A stretch of DNA of 63,392 nucleotides, the filler included, from Collodictyon triciliatum (Eukaryota): the NCBI GenBank assembly GCA_043381765.1. It is 5 parts of 5 records of this genome, joined end to end, with 100 filler letters (N's around TTAATTAATTAA, not from the genome) between each part and the next. Parts side by side here need not be neighbours in the genome. Positions count along the whole stretch, not along the records: positions 1 to 15,359 come from JBHJMP010001681.1; 4 more parts are not named here. One strand, written 5' to 3'. This document shows, piece after piece, positions 1 through 11,967 of this stretch (positions are counted from its first letter, which is position 1; every line of letters begins with the position of its first letter). Below the pieces are notes generated by a model that was given only the letters and a program-made list of their open reading frames with translations, ran no database searches and had not been told where the DNA came from. The position numbers and the translations under genes are program-made.

Positions 1-120
1 AGAGAAAAGAAAAGAAAAGAAAAGAAAAGAAAAGAAAAGAAAAGAAAAGAAAAGAAAAGAAAAGAAAAGAAAAGAAAAGAAAAGAAAAGAAAAGAAGAAA
101 AGAAAAGAAAAGAAGAGAAA
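1..120. repeat. (AAAAG)n microsatellite, intronic
   Basis: Pentamer tandem visible directly; lies in the intron following the GTATGC donor at 131 (minus strand). Confidence 0.95.
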
Positions 121-131
121 AGAGTGCATAC

Positions 132-381
132 TTGTCAGTCCAGAAAGTGTTGTTCGAGCGAACCACATACCAATCCCCAGAAAAGGCTCGAAGATCGACA
201 GACCTTGCAGCGCATGGCAGAGATTCCATCCAAGCTTTTCTAGGCTACATAGTTTAGTCTCTCACCCTCCGGCTTCTTCTTACTGGATTCTTTCATATTC
301 TTTTGTCTCTTCCCTGGCCTGTCTGCGTTGCGATAATGCTTCGCAGGGCAAAAGAAAAGACTGATTCAACAGGGAAGTCAT
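132..381 (-). CDS. Lipocalin-like protein, 5' part (2 exons; continues off the window)
   Basis: ATG at 381 (MTSLLNQ...), a GTAAG..CTAG intron, then KAWMESLPCAARSVDLRAFSGDWYVVRSNNTFWTD, carrying the lipocalin-type D-L-x-x-F-x-G-x-W-Y motif. Confidence 0.5.
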
Positions 382-542
382 GTCTCTTTTTATTTGTCCC
401 TCATTGCCGATCAGTTTGTGCATCAGGAGCTGACTCCGTCTACGCCCAATAGCCATCAGAAAAGGAGGAGAAAGGAAAGAGAGAAGACAAAAAGAAAGGG
501 AAGGAACGGGAAAGCAGTGGAAGCAAGAAAACGTTGGAGTCG

Positions 543-1449
543 ATGGAGGAAAACCAAGCAGCACCACCGTTTCCTGTCAAAGTTGAACAGCACACAATTC
601 TCGTGGATTCTGTTCCTACACAGATTCTTTTGCAGCGGTTTTTTGATCGAGTCCATTTGATAGTAACACAGACAGGAAAGCCGGGGACTATGGTAGATGT
701 CCGACAACATATAAATAGATATATATATATATATCCATGAATACTCAGTACATGATTACCTAATTATTACTTTCTTTTTCCCTTTTTCTTTTTCTTTTGC
801 TTGAGGTTTTGCCAGAGATATTTATTTATTTATTTATTTATTTTATCTTTATTGTTTTGTATCTTACAAGCATAATCTTTGAACGCAGATATCGGCACAA
901 AAGGATGAAGGCTCTCCTCCTGAAAATCCGACTTTCAGTGTACGAACCCTTCTTGGTGAGCGTGACCGGCCTGTGCTTGAAATATATGCTCGACATATTG
1001 TGCAAGTCATGGTTTGTGGGTTTATTCACAGTTATTCATGCTATTTGCACTCTTTGAATGTTTACGTACACACACACAAAAAAAAATCTTGTATGTAAGT
1101 TTATGAGATAGTATATCCATATCGATTCTTTTATTGACCCTTGATATTTTCCGTTTCACACCTTTTGTTTTCACTTCTGTATGTACCCTCTCTTTTTTCT
1201 AGCAGCTTCTGAGATATCCCATAAAATGGAGAGTTCCATGCATAATTACACAGTCTATGTTTTCATGTGCTACATGCGCTTTGGCTCACCCATCAATCTT
1301 TGCTGTAGGGACTTGAAGTGCCTTTGCTGTTATCAATCGGGCTGAAAAGACAGAAGACCATCGATGAGACACTTGAGTATGATGACACTCTCTTCCTCAC
1401 TCTTTGTCGGGCTATTCTGAACACACTTGGATTTTCCAAGAGTCAATAA
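543..1449 (+). CDS. PSMG3: Proteasome assembly chaperone 3 (multi-exon)
   Basis: Exons translate to VPTQILLQRFFDRVHLIVTQTGKPGTM, PTFSVRTLLG and VPLLLSIGLK...FSKSQ*, matching PAC3 hallmarks (VPTQ..F..HILVVVTQ.GK.GT, vLLG, LLLslglK). One internal exon not resolved. Confidence 0.8.
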
Positions 1450-1899
1450 AAAAAAACCCAATAAAGTATATTACGAGAGAAAATAAATCATAAAAAATTA
1501 TGTTCCGGATGAATATTTTTAAAAAGGAAAATGGAGAAAAAATCTAAGTATGAAGATGACATTGGTACTATATGTTGTTAAAAAGGTTATAATAAATTAA
1601 ATGCCAATTCAATATCAAAAATAAGCTGAGGTATTTACCTTACATCTAAATATGATGCATAATATAGAGAGGCAACATTAAAATAATCTCATTAGTTGAT
1701 AGTTAAAAATTAATAAATATCTTACAAGCTGATAGTTTGTGTAAGTTGATAATATTTTTAAGGTGATACTTTATCAAAATCATTCTTTACATATTTGAAT
1801 CTTATATCAAAACAATAATGATTTATCATTCATTTATCAAAATAAATGGGAATATATGATTTTAATATCAAAAAATTGATTATATATACTTCTTATATC

Positions 1900-2438
1900 A
1901 AAATAAATGGTAATATATAATTCTATAAAAAACATTCTCAATATATAATTCTAAAATCAAAACATTCTCAATATATGATTGTAAAATCACAACATTCTCA
2001 ACATATGATTCTATAATCACAACATATGATTCTAAAATCACAACATAACATTCATCACATTCATAATATATAATTCTATAATCATAACATTCATCACATT
2101 CATAATATATAATTCTATAATCATAACATTCATCACATTCATAATATATAATTCTATAATCATAACATTTCTAGAATCATAAGATTTCTACAATCATAAG
2201 ATTTCTACAATCATAAGATTTCTACAATCATAAGATTTCTACAATCATAAGATTTCTACAATCATAAGATTTCTAGAATCATAAGATTTCTACAATCATA
2301 AGATTTCTACAATCATAAGATTTCTACAATCATAAGATTTCTAGAATCATAAGATTTCTAGAATCATAAGATTTCTACAATCATAAGATTTCTACAATCA
2401 TAAGATTTCTACAATCATAAGATTTCTAGAATCATAAC
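1900..2438. repeat. Compound tandem repeat array: ~39-bp unit x3 (~2046-2168), then 17-bp AATCATAAGATTTCTA(C/G) x~15 (2175-2438)
   Basis: Units counted directly in the sequence; the degenerate 5' part shares ATTCTA/AATCA cores. Confidence 0.9.
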
Positions 2439-2457
2439 TTTTCAACAAAGGCAAGAA

Positions 2458-2529
2458 GGGGATATGGTGTAGTGGTATCACGTTCGCTTTGCATGCGAAA
2501 GGCCATGGGTTCGATCCCCGTTATCTCCA
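2458..2529 (+). tRNA. trnA-UGC: tRNA-Ala (anticodon UGC)
   Basis: Acceptor stem GGGGATA/TATCTCC with the G3:U70 Ala identity pair, D-arm TGGTGTAGTGGTATCA, anticodon loop TTTGCAT, T-loop GTTCGAT, downstream TTTTT Pol III terminator. Confidence 0.97.
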
Positions 2530-3143
2530 TTCCATTTTTACTTCCAGAACTTGCATTTTTTTGTCGCGTTGCATCCGTGCATCTCAAACCAACCACACGA
2601 AAAGAAGGCGCAAGACGAGCTACAATATCTTTTTTTTTTTTTTCTCTCTCACTCTCCATAACTTTATACTCTGTATGGGGCGTGCTTTCGTGGCGCGTCT
2701 GCATGACAGAAGGGCGATAGTAATTCCCGCAGCTTTGTTATGCCTTCGGTTTGGACAGCCCGAAAGCAGCGGCGTGGGCGTCGGTGGGCTCCGTCCTACA
2801 GGGAGGGTCGGGTTGGCAACTGCGGGTCAATCGTGGTTGAAGCACACACAGAGACACACACACCATGAGATGGGAAGGGATTCGTTATTTTCTCCGACTC
2901 AAAAATGGTGTCTGATTGCTTGTGGCGGTTTGAAGGATTACGCAGATTTCGAGAGGGGGAGTTTTCCAAGGGCAGTCACAGCGCGGAAGCCGAGCGATGC
3001 GATTTCGGTCGTGGGGGCAGAGTCCTACATAGCACAAGGAGAGATGACAAAATGAAAAGAAAAAAAAAACGTATACAAAAAATGGCGTCAGAGGCTGTGA
3101 TTCGTGTGTTTTAGGAGGAAGCTAAAGAGCAAGATTCTCAAAA

Positions 3144-6100
3144 TCATACCGCTTCTCCATTCGCTATGGCATCAACAATCGACTTCAATTGGAGGATATT
3201 TAATGTTTGTCCTCCAGCAGAGAGATTGACTACGTAGACGGGAACATTGGCGGTGGCTGTGAGAGACTGGACAAGATTTCCATACGCTGCAGCGTTCTGA
3301 ATGGGGAATGGTCTACAAGAGCAATAAGCGAAGATTTTTTTAAAATCTATCATCAGAACACACACTGCCAAAAAGAAAAAAAAAAGGCCTTTGGGCGATA
3401 CAGACGCGTATATGAATAAATGATATAACACTCCGGACCTGAATGTGGCCTTGGGATTTCCGATGTGGCCAGCAGTAACAACCTTGTTGGCTTGCTCGGG
3501 TGTCAGCTAGCAAATGATATTTAAAATCGGGTCATTTTAGTTGACAAAAATTCAAACGAGATATACAGTAGATAATTGAAGAAATACAAAACACACCAAA
3601 ACAAAGAAAAAAAAAAAAGAAGGTTTGGTATATAAAAGGAACGGAAGGAACCTTCGTAAGAGTGGAAAAGGGACTATTTTTATCATCAGCTACGATGACA
3701 AGGTGCGAAGGGTGGCCCAAGGCAGCTGGGGCATTCAACGGCTGTGTCGTGCGGAAGCTACAACAATTTGGTTTTTGATTTTTAATTTTTCTTCAGATTT
3801 ATATTACCACCTTTACCTTTTGAAATTGACCAAGATTGTATTTTTTTTATCACACTTCGATATGTCTAGTAGATTTGCGAAATATTATATTCAGGTGTTA
3901 TCTTGCGATGAAGAGGTCAGGAATTTTTCATTTTGTTTATGTTTTTCTATAAAGAAAACAAACTTACTTTTCTCCAACCTTCTCGACAAAGGCACTAAAA
4001 CAGCGGTTTACATATATTTAATAAAAATGTCATAATAAAAAGCAACATGATTCTAAGGAGGACGAGGAGACGGCTTAATATGCGATTGTTCAAAAAATTA
4101 AATAGTTGCTTTGCTGCGGGCTTCTCGACTTTCGAATTTGTCGTGGCTCCTGCCCAGAAGCGAGATAATCCCGATGAACTCCACAAATGGTGGTAAAAAC
4201 CAAGGGGGCTGTCTTTCTGTATAAGAAAACAATTAACATAATCTGACCAAAATGTATTATTTTGCATAAAAAATAATAAAAATAAAAATAAAAATTAAGG
4301 CCTAGAACATTTATCATTATCATCGAGAATATGGTATTCGTGGTAGAGTCATATCATTACGGGTGACTCTGGGGCGTTTGCAACGAGAACGTGATTTCCC
4401 TTAGAACCTTTTACAACCTCAGATTCGATAGCTAGGATGTCCTTGGCAAGGTATCCCTGTGTAGATAAGTCGCGTGTGAGCCACAGCATCAGCATAAACA
4501 TCACGTAAGTTCCACGTAAGGAGAAAAAAAATATAAAATAAAATCAATCTCTATGAAAAGTGTGGTTCGTTTAGTAATTACAGCGATAGCAGAGAATCCG
4601 ATGGCCTTGCGAAGGGCGACTGTCGAAGTTGATCCAACAACAGTGGCTTTGTTGCCATCAGGGCTGACAAAAACCGCGCTATCCGAGATGTATTGATTAT
4701 TAAATTACAGGAATAAAATGCCAACATTCAGGTATCTAACAATAACACGATAAAACAAGTAAAATCATAAAAAATATATATATATAAACAGCAACTTTGA
4801 ATATCATATATCGGGATTGGTGCAAGCGCAGATAAATTACCCTATTCATAAGAAAACTTTGGATCAGAATGAATTGACCACATGATATTAGAGAAAATTA
4901 AGTTGCACACATTTTCTTAGCATACGAAAAAGGGGGAAACCCCCCTAGACTGTGTTGATTTTAAGTTGAAGTATTAAATTATGGAATCAGAACAGTTACA
5001 GACCTGATTCATTCGGCTTGTTGACAGCAACGTAAATGGTCGAGTTGTTTTCATATGTGTTCTTGAGATCCACACCTTGCTTGATCAAAAGATTGGAGGG
5101 AATCTATTGGAATGAAAAGAAAAAAGGTCAAAATTTCAGAAAGGAGGTAAAAAATAGATCATGGAGATGGAGGGCAAGCATCCAAGATCAGTTAATTCAT
5201 TCTTGCTCTTATTTTTCTTTGTGAAGAGTCCACGAGGTTCTGACCACTACAAACCTCCTTGGGGAAGACAAAGCTGGGCTTTCCGATGATTTGGTCGCCA
5301 GTGTTTTCGGGGTTTCTGGCCGAAAGGGTGTTGCTGCAGCCAATCGAACGGGTAAAGTTTAGTTCGAATATGGTATATGCATTAATCAATTCTTCTTCAA
5401 GTTTGATATATGAAGATTGTGCATACATATAATCTTACACAGCATATGCCGAGGCAAATGGATCATCAGAAATGATTCGGAGGTGAAGAAAGGGTGCTTG
5501 AGAGCCGGCAGCTAAATCATTCACATACAGAGTCTGAACCTCTTCTGAAAGATACTGCGCAACCTATTATCCAATAATATGCGAACGTATTACAGAGTGA
5601 TAGATCAACAAATCAGCAATAAACTCGGTGATGCAGCAGATCGGTTGGCAGGAGCTGGTACTAACATATAAAAATGAAAAGATTACCTTCAGCTGAGTGG
5701 TTCCGTAGTCCTTAGCGTGGATTTGCTTGAGTTCAAATGCTTCTTTGGTAGAGTTTCCGCTCAAAACACCTGCGTAGATACATTATTCACTTACAAATAA
5801 GCAGTGTAATTCAACATCGAATAGCAATATATTGGCGAGAGAATGATAATGGGAGATGTTGTTTTTATAATAGCGAGAATAACCATCTTTGCTTCGATAA
5901 ATCTTGGCCAGTCGGGCAGCATCGGGATTCTTTTCCACTTCGTTGCACGGAGGAACATCGTTGATGACAAGAGACCAGTTGAATGCGACGTCCGATCCGC
6001 TGCGGTCTGAGTCGAGGAGAAGATACTCTTTGTTGGAAGGTGTGTAGTCATTCTCGAAGTTGAGGCGCTGCGACCCGAGGATATGATNNNNNNNNNNNNN

Positions 6101-6720
6101 NNNNNNNNNNNNNNNNNNNNNNNNNNNNNNNNNNNNNNNNNNNNNNNNNNNNNNNNNNNNNNNNNNNNNNNNNNNNNNNNNNNNNNNNNNNNNNNNNNNN
6201 NNNNNNNNNNNNNNNNNNNNNNNNNNNNNNNNNNNNNNNNNNNNNNNNNNNNNNNNNNNNNNNNNNNNNNNNNNNNNNNNNNNNNNNNNNNNNNNNNNNN
6301 NNNNNNNNNNNNNNNNNNNNNNNNNNNNNNNNNNNNNNNNNNNNNNNNNNNNNNNNNNNNNNNNNNNNNNNNNNNNNNNNNNNNNNNNNNNNNNNNNNNN
6401 NNNNNNNNNNNNNNNNNNNNNNNNNNNNNNNNNNNNNNNNNNNNNNNNNNNNNNNNNNNNNNNNNNNNNNNNNNNNNNNNNNNNNNNNNNNNNNNNNNNN
6501 NNNAGCTATTGTCAGCGAAGGATATAAAGGAGAGCGAAAAAAAAAGTGCTGGTTATGGTGTTCAAATAGTTGTGATATAAACAAAAACATGAGTCTTATT
6601 TTATATTGCGTCCTTCTCTTTCTATAAATCGATCAGTATCTGGAAACTTACTGCAGCCGACATGACTGTTCCACTCTGAGCATTGAGTCTGGAGCGGAAA
6701 ACTTTGCAGAGCGTCGCCAT
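3144..6720 (-). CDS. Degenerate ATP-PEPCK-fold protein, probably non-catalytic; multi-exon, spans an N gap
   Basis: ATG at 6720 (MATLCKVFRSRLNAQSGTVMSAA|gtaag). Exons include VAQYLSEEVQTLYVNDLAAGSQAPFLHLRIISDDP (resembles PEPCK LYV.D..AG.....VRVIT) and GFYHHLWSSSGLSRFWAG (aligns with PEPCK DDEHGWSDDGVFNFEGG). Ends ...DAIANGEAV*. Confidence 0.6.
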
Positions 6721-6879
6721 TTTTTTATTTTAAACCCTTATGTGATAAAGTAGTGTGTTGTATTATCCTTTCGTCTCACAGGGTTAGGAAAAGAAGCGAA
6801 ACAAAAAAAAAAGGAAAAGAAAAGCGAATAGATAAGTTTCGGGACTAGTCCACCAATACTGGAAAAACACCACCCAGAC

Positions 6880-6937
6880 AAGATGTTTCATTAAGACGAA
6901 TAAAGGGGAAAAAAAAAAAGATGTTTCATTAAGACGA
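6880..6937. repeat. 20-bp perfect direct repeat AAGATGTTTCATTAAGACGA flanking a short A-tailed insert
   Basis: Copies at 6880-6899 and 6918-6937, separated by ATAAAGGGG plus an A-run. Confidence 0.85.
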
Positions 6938-7620
6938 TAGACTCAATCGCGCTTGCTTCCCTAGTCGAGAACTGGAGTTGATCAAGGCTCCGCGTCTTGT
7001 GCATGAGTTTGATTCTTCGTGCTTCTCTCCAATACCCACGCAGTGAAAAAAAGACACTCCTCCACGCTTGGACTGATTAATCGGCGATGATTTTTGTTTG
7101 GATCAGCTTCGTTACGAACTTTGTTACGTCGATTCTACATTTCTGGAGAAATCGAGCGCGGTGCTTGTGGGCACGACAGGCACACTACAAATATGTTAAT
7201 TAATAATTATATATACTTATTCACATTTTTTATTGTATAATAGCCAATACTATGATATAAAATATATTTGCATATAGTTTCCACATTTATTTAATTCAAA
7301 GTATGGATAATGTGTCCTTCCATCATCACAAGAACACGAGCGCTGACAAGGAACGACCGACACAGATAGATTTCTGGAGTATAAAACAGAAACCAAGAAG
7401 GCCGATGGATACAAACGGCACATGAAGTAAAATAAGTGGGACATGTTTCATTTGTAACAGTATCACCCAAATCGATTGTAATCATCCATTCATAAAGAAA
7501 AGAGTCGACGATATAGATTGATTTTCTTCTTTGTGCCTCTAAACACACAGAATCGTGGGTGGCAACATCCACAAAGTTTTGAGTGTTTCATCATTTTTTC
7601 ACCACCTTTTTTCAGATAAA

Positions 7621-8610
7621 ATGTCTCGAGACTCATCCCCTGATATGAATGGGACAAACGAATTTCTCCACGGGCAAGGTCCTGAGCAGGGGAAGTGCGG
7701 CAATAAGTTTCCCAACGGGCCCTGCAAGCTCTCTCGAGGCGAAGCGGGCAGACTAGACAAGTTTCTTGTTCCACCCAGCCCAATAGACAAGGTTGTAAAC
7801 CACATACAATCCAGCATTGTTTCTTTGCGGCAGTTGCTGGAGAGCCCAGTTCTCCACACGATGTTCTTTGGCCTGGCAGTGTGGGTACAAAGCCCCCTGA
7901 CCGTGTTGATTGCTCTTCTTGGAACGACAGCCGATGGTATCGACCTGACACTACTGACGACGGTTCATCATGGAAGCAGGGCATTGTGCCAAGAATTGAT
8001 TGACACCGGCGTATTGAATTCAACGACATCTTTTCAGCTGAATCTATACGGTCGCACTTACTTTTTGTCCATGAGACCGGCTTCATCGTGGCTCCACAAT
8101 ATGTCTGATAAGCCCGAGCAAGTTGGATTTATTTACTTTGCACTACTGGCACTGACATTCTACATGGTGAGAGAGAAACAAGCGTCCATGTCACCTTATG
8201 GATATCAAACAAATCTGTCCTCTCCATCCAACATATCATTAATCCAGAGGATGGAGAACTCATGGATGAAGAGACTCACTCTCATATTCATACATGCGGG
8301 CTTGGTGGATACACCGTTTGTGGTTGCGCTGGTCATGAACTTTATTGTTCTTTGTCTGCGTTCCCTTATTTCTGGATTTTCACAAGAATGGACTCATCAT
8401 TCGCAAAGTCTTCAGAGGTTTGTGGATAAATACACTTGCTTCAGATGGAAGAGGCTTGTTGAGGCTTTTACGTGGGTTTGGGTCTTGGCTTGTCTTTGGT
8501 TGACGTCTGCCCTTCTGGGATTTGCTTATGAAGGACTAGCTCGACATATTCGACATGCCGTTCAAACGCACACATTTCCGCTACGCTTCTCTCCTTTGAA
8601 GTTTGATTAG
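7621..8610 (+). CDS. Intronless hypothetical multi-pass membrane protein (~329 aa)
   Basis: Long open frame with several hydrophobic segments (e.g. GFIYFALLALTFYM, FTWVWVLACLWLTSALLGFAY); first ATG at 7621; no recognisable family motif. Confidence 0.65.
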   Translation: MSRDSSPDMNGTNEFLHGQGPEQGKCGNKFPNGPCKLSRGEAGRLDKFLVPPSPIDKVVNHIQSSIVSLRQLLESPVLHTMFFGLAVWVQSPLTVLIALLGTTADGIDLTLLTTVHHGSRALCQELIDTGVLNSTTSFQLNLYGRTYFLSMRPASSWLHNMSDKPEQVGFIYFALLALTFYMVREKQASMSPYGYQTNLSSPSNISLIQRMENSWMKRLTLIFIHAGLVDTPFVVALVMNFIVLCLRSLISGFSQEWTHHSQSLQRFVDKYTCFRWKRLVEAFTWVWVLACLWLTSALLGFAYEGLARHIRHAVQTHTFPLRFSPLKFD

Positions 8611-9055
8611 GCGATGAGAAATAAATATAAAATCCAGACCTCTTTCTTTTCCAAACACGATTCCGATTTTCTGCTTGCTCGGGATTATATGATATTATTG
8701 AAAACAAATCTATTGTGTATCCAAGGTCGTTTGCGGACTTTAGTAAACTTTGAAAAGTGTTTTTGGTGATTAACTGAGACAAAAAACACATTATTCACTC
8801 AGTATACGAAAGGAATGAATTATAGTATAAATCTACTTCATAAAAGCTTTTTTATTCAATGAAAAGACCAAAGAGTTTGTACATATGATTTCCAAGAAGG
8901 AGATAAAGAAACTTTTGAGAAAATGGGTTGCTCTGATACCAAATTATCAATTCATTGCAAGCATACGTTGAATCGAATAAAGGAAAAAAATTAATTGCAA
9001 ACATGGGCGGATTATTGGAATTTAAAAGGTAGATTATAAAGGAGAATTCAGAATT

Positions 9056-11588
9056 TTAAATTCGCAGGAAAATAGCAGAAAACAGGCTGAAGAGTTTTTG
9101 TTTCATAGACGAGTACGTGCCGCTGTGATTCGACATAATATCAAGTCCGTCGAGATGCCTCAGAACTTGAGTAAATGACGGTCTATTGATGATAGTACAA
9201 AGTGAGTACACGTTTGATACATAATATTCATCATTGACTTACCGTTCCTTTGGATTGTTGGCCCAGCACACTCTGATCAAATCTGAAATTCTTGGATTAC
9301 AGTTCAGGGGTATTTTTGGCCTCCTTGAGTGATTGCAGAAAAAGAGAATTCCATGTTGCAAGATTATCATTTAAACTACTATAGAAAATCGTGAAGATCA
9401 TAAATACTATTTATGATTAGCTTTCATTACCTTCCTTCCTGAGATACCGCAATTGCTGCTTGAATTGGACTCATATGCTTGAAGGGAATATCTCGAGCAA
9501 CTAGCTCCCACAAAACCATTCCAAAGCTGTAGACATCCACCTGTCCAAAGCAATAAGATATTATATTTTCCAAAAGGGAAATATTCGATTGTGCCTCTCA
9601 TGTAGTATCATTTTCACATGACATGCGATGACAAAATATTAAACCTTAAGGGTATAGTTCTGGTGACTAAGTACTTCAGGAGCCATCCACCTACTCGATT
9701 TGGTTAAACTTGAATGAAAAAAAAAACATGAATTCATTCATATATATGACGTTGTAAAAAACAAATTAAGAAATAGCAGGAAAAAAATTCAGGATATCAG
9801 ACGACCTATACGACCCAGCCTCCTTCGTCATGGGTTCTCCAACCCTTCTTGTTACCCCAAAATCAGACACTTTAAAATTGTTATTGAGACTGTCGAACTA
9901 GGATTGTGTATCCGAATAAAATTGATTTTCAGTAATTGATATTAGTACAATCATGAGATTTCTCTCTCCAGTCAAATACATATAAAAAATCATAATTTTA
10001 GTCTATTTGAAAATTACCAGAATATTTTGGCTTTTGAGGTCCCTATGGATAAAGTTGAACGAATGGAGGTATTCCATTGCGCTGGCGATGTCCCTAGCGA
10101 TGCGAGAGGAAGGGAGGGGTACCTTTCCCACTCGAAGATGAATAATATCGTACAGACTCCCGCCCATGAGAAACTATGAATTTTTTCGTTGTCTTATTAA
10201 GTAAACATGTGCAATTAATCATTTTTTCTTTTTAATATATTCGCTCTTTTGTCCCTGAAAGTAAATTTTTTATGGTCAAATACCTCCGTCACAAGAAAGA
10301 TTTCGGGTGTTTGCGTGTTACAGCCAATAAATTTTACTATGTTTGGGTGGTTCAGCTGTCTGTTTGTTATTTTGGACAAATAATAATAGCAAAAGGAAAA
10401 GAGAAAAAGAAAAGGTGAATCTAAGGATTTTAACAGAAGTTCATTAAAAGTACTTTGTTCATACAAAGGAAACGTAGATATGAAAATTAACCGATTTATC
10501 TTAATCTCATTGATGAACTCCTTTTTATGAGTCGGGCTATTCTTTAATGCATCATTGAGATATTTAACAGCAATCAGATCAGAGTTTGGGGCTGACTTGA
10601 CAAATGCAGAATAGATTAGACTATTCGGACTCTATATTGGTTCAATTCGTGAGTAAAAAATTATAATATCCACAAGAATGAACGGACTGAATTTTATCTT
10701 TTACAAATCCGATATGATTCGCCAGTATTTTTTCTTTCAGTTACACTTACATCATAGACTTTATTCTGAATTAATAATTCATTTGGTGATAACAATTGTG
10801 ACATCGCTGGCGATGATTCTGGGCACGGAGAAAGCAATCCTATTCAACCAATGGAAAGCACAGTTTTAGTGGTCTTGATTATAAAATCAGTGAGCACTTT
10901 GGCTTTTTTGGTTTATCATAATTGTCAAAATATGAAAACAAAATTATTTTTACATGTGAAATATAAAACCGTACGAGAATTATTCTCATTCTCTATGAGA
11001 TGGTTTATGTTGCCGAGCAAAAGGCGACTAGAGCGAACATCCTCCGACAGCTTTTTCTCTAAGCAGCTCCTTAGCTAAATGCAAGAACCAACATTAGTGA
11101 ACTAAAATTTGAATAAATTTTATTTACAAGCAAAATAGTCATATTTTTGACACATCAATAAGTAAAAGCACCGATCCATACCTCATACATCTCCATCTCT
11201 GATGAAACAACGAAAATATCTAATACTAACCCATCTTTTGTGGAGAATAAGTGTGCCTCTTTCACGGAAACGAGAAGACTGGCAAATAGACCTACAATCT
11301 TATCATTCGTTAGTTTGCACAAAATTAAGCTGCTGAATACATTTAGTGAACAAAATTTAATCTTATAAATTATCTTACAGGAGATAGTATGCATTACAAA
11401 AGGCTGGTCCCTCAATCCTAGAACAATCTTATAGTCTCCGTCTCCCAGAATTCTTGCATGAACGAAAGTCTCGCACTCATCCTAAAAGTTACAATTTACT
11501 AATGTGTCGAATCGTATTTACGATACATATTTCATGCGATCTTTTTATGCTCACAAAAACGCTGGGATTGATGAAGAATCTAGCAGTA

Positions 11589-11687
<99 letters not shown>

Positions 11688-11967
11688 GATAATAAAGGAC
11701 AGACAAATCATCGCTAAGAATGGGAAGAGGTAATTCAAAACACAGTCATGGAGAGGGATAAACAAGCGCCTATCTGCTTGAATGTAAACCATTTTAACCC
11801 AAGCAACTCACCTCATTCTCTCCTAATGAACGAAGAATATCCATATGGACAGGAATATCATCCACACAAACTTCCGTCAGGTAGTTCAGAGGGAAACGCT
11901 GCAAGTGGGGATGATACTCTGCCGGAAACTGCTCCATCAAACAGCGGTACAATTCGGTGCGCCGCAT
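9056..11967 (-). CDS. ACT-domain tyrosine-kinase-like Ser/Thr kinase (STY8/17/46-like), multi-exon
   Basis: N-term HLQRFPLNYLTEV; ACT segment GLFASLLVSVKEAHLFSTKDGLVLDIFVV; kinase motifs LNHPNIVKFIG, IHRDLKSQNIL, VSDFG, WMAPEV, DVYSFGMVLWEL, CWANNPKERPSF; stop at 9056. Confidence 0.9.
11588..11685. repeat. (AAT)n intronic microsatellite (similar tracts at ~30916-31008, 44799-44890, 46599-46696, 51140-51235, 56354-56451)
   Basis: Direct observation; these tracts cause the spurious poly-N/I/Y ORFs. Confidence 0.95.

Noticed and set aside
2175-2438. Regular 17-bp repeats as a possible CRISPR array
   Set aside because: Head-to-tail units with no unique spacers, no cas genes, eukaryotic context.
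2489-3055. 188-aa ORF overlapping the tRNA
   Set aside because: Starts inside the tRNA gene, crosses a poly-T tract and shows no protein-like motifs.
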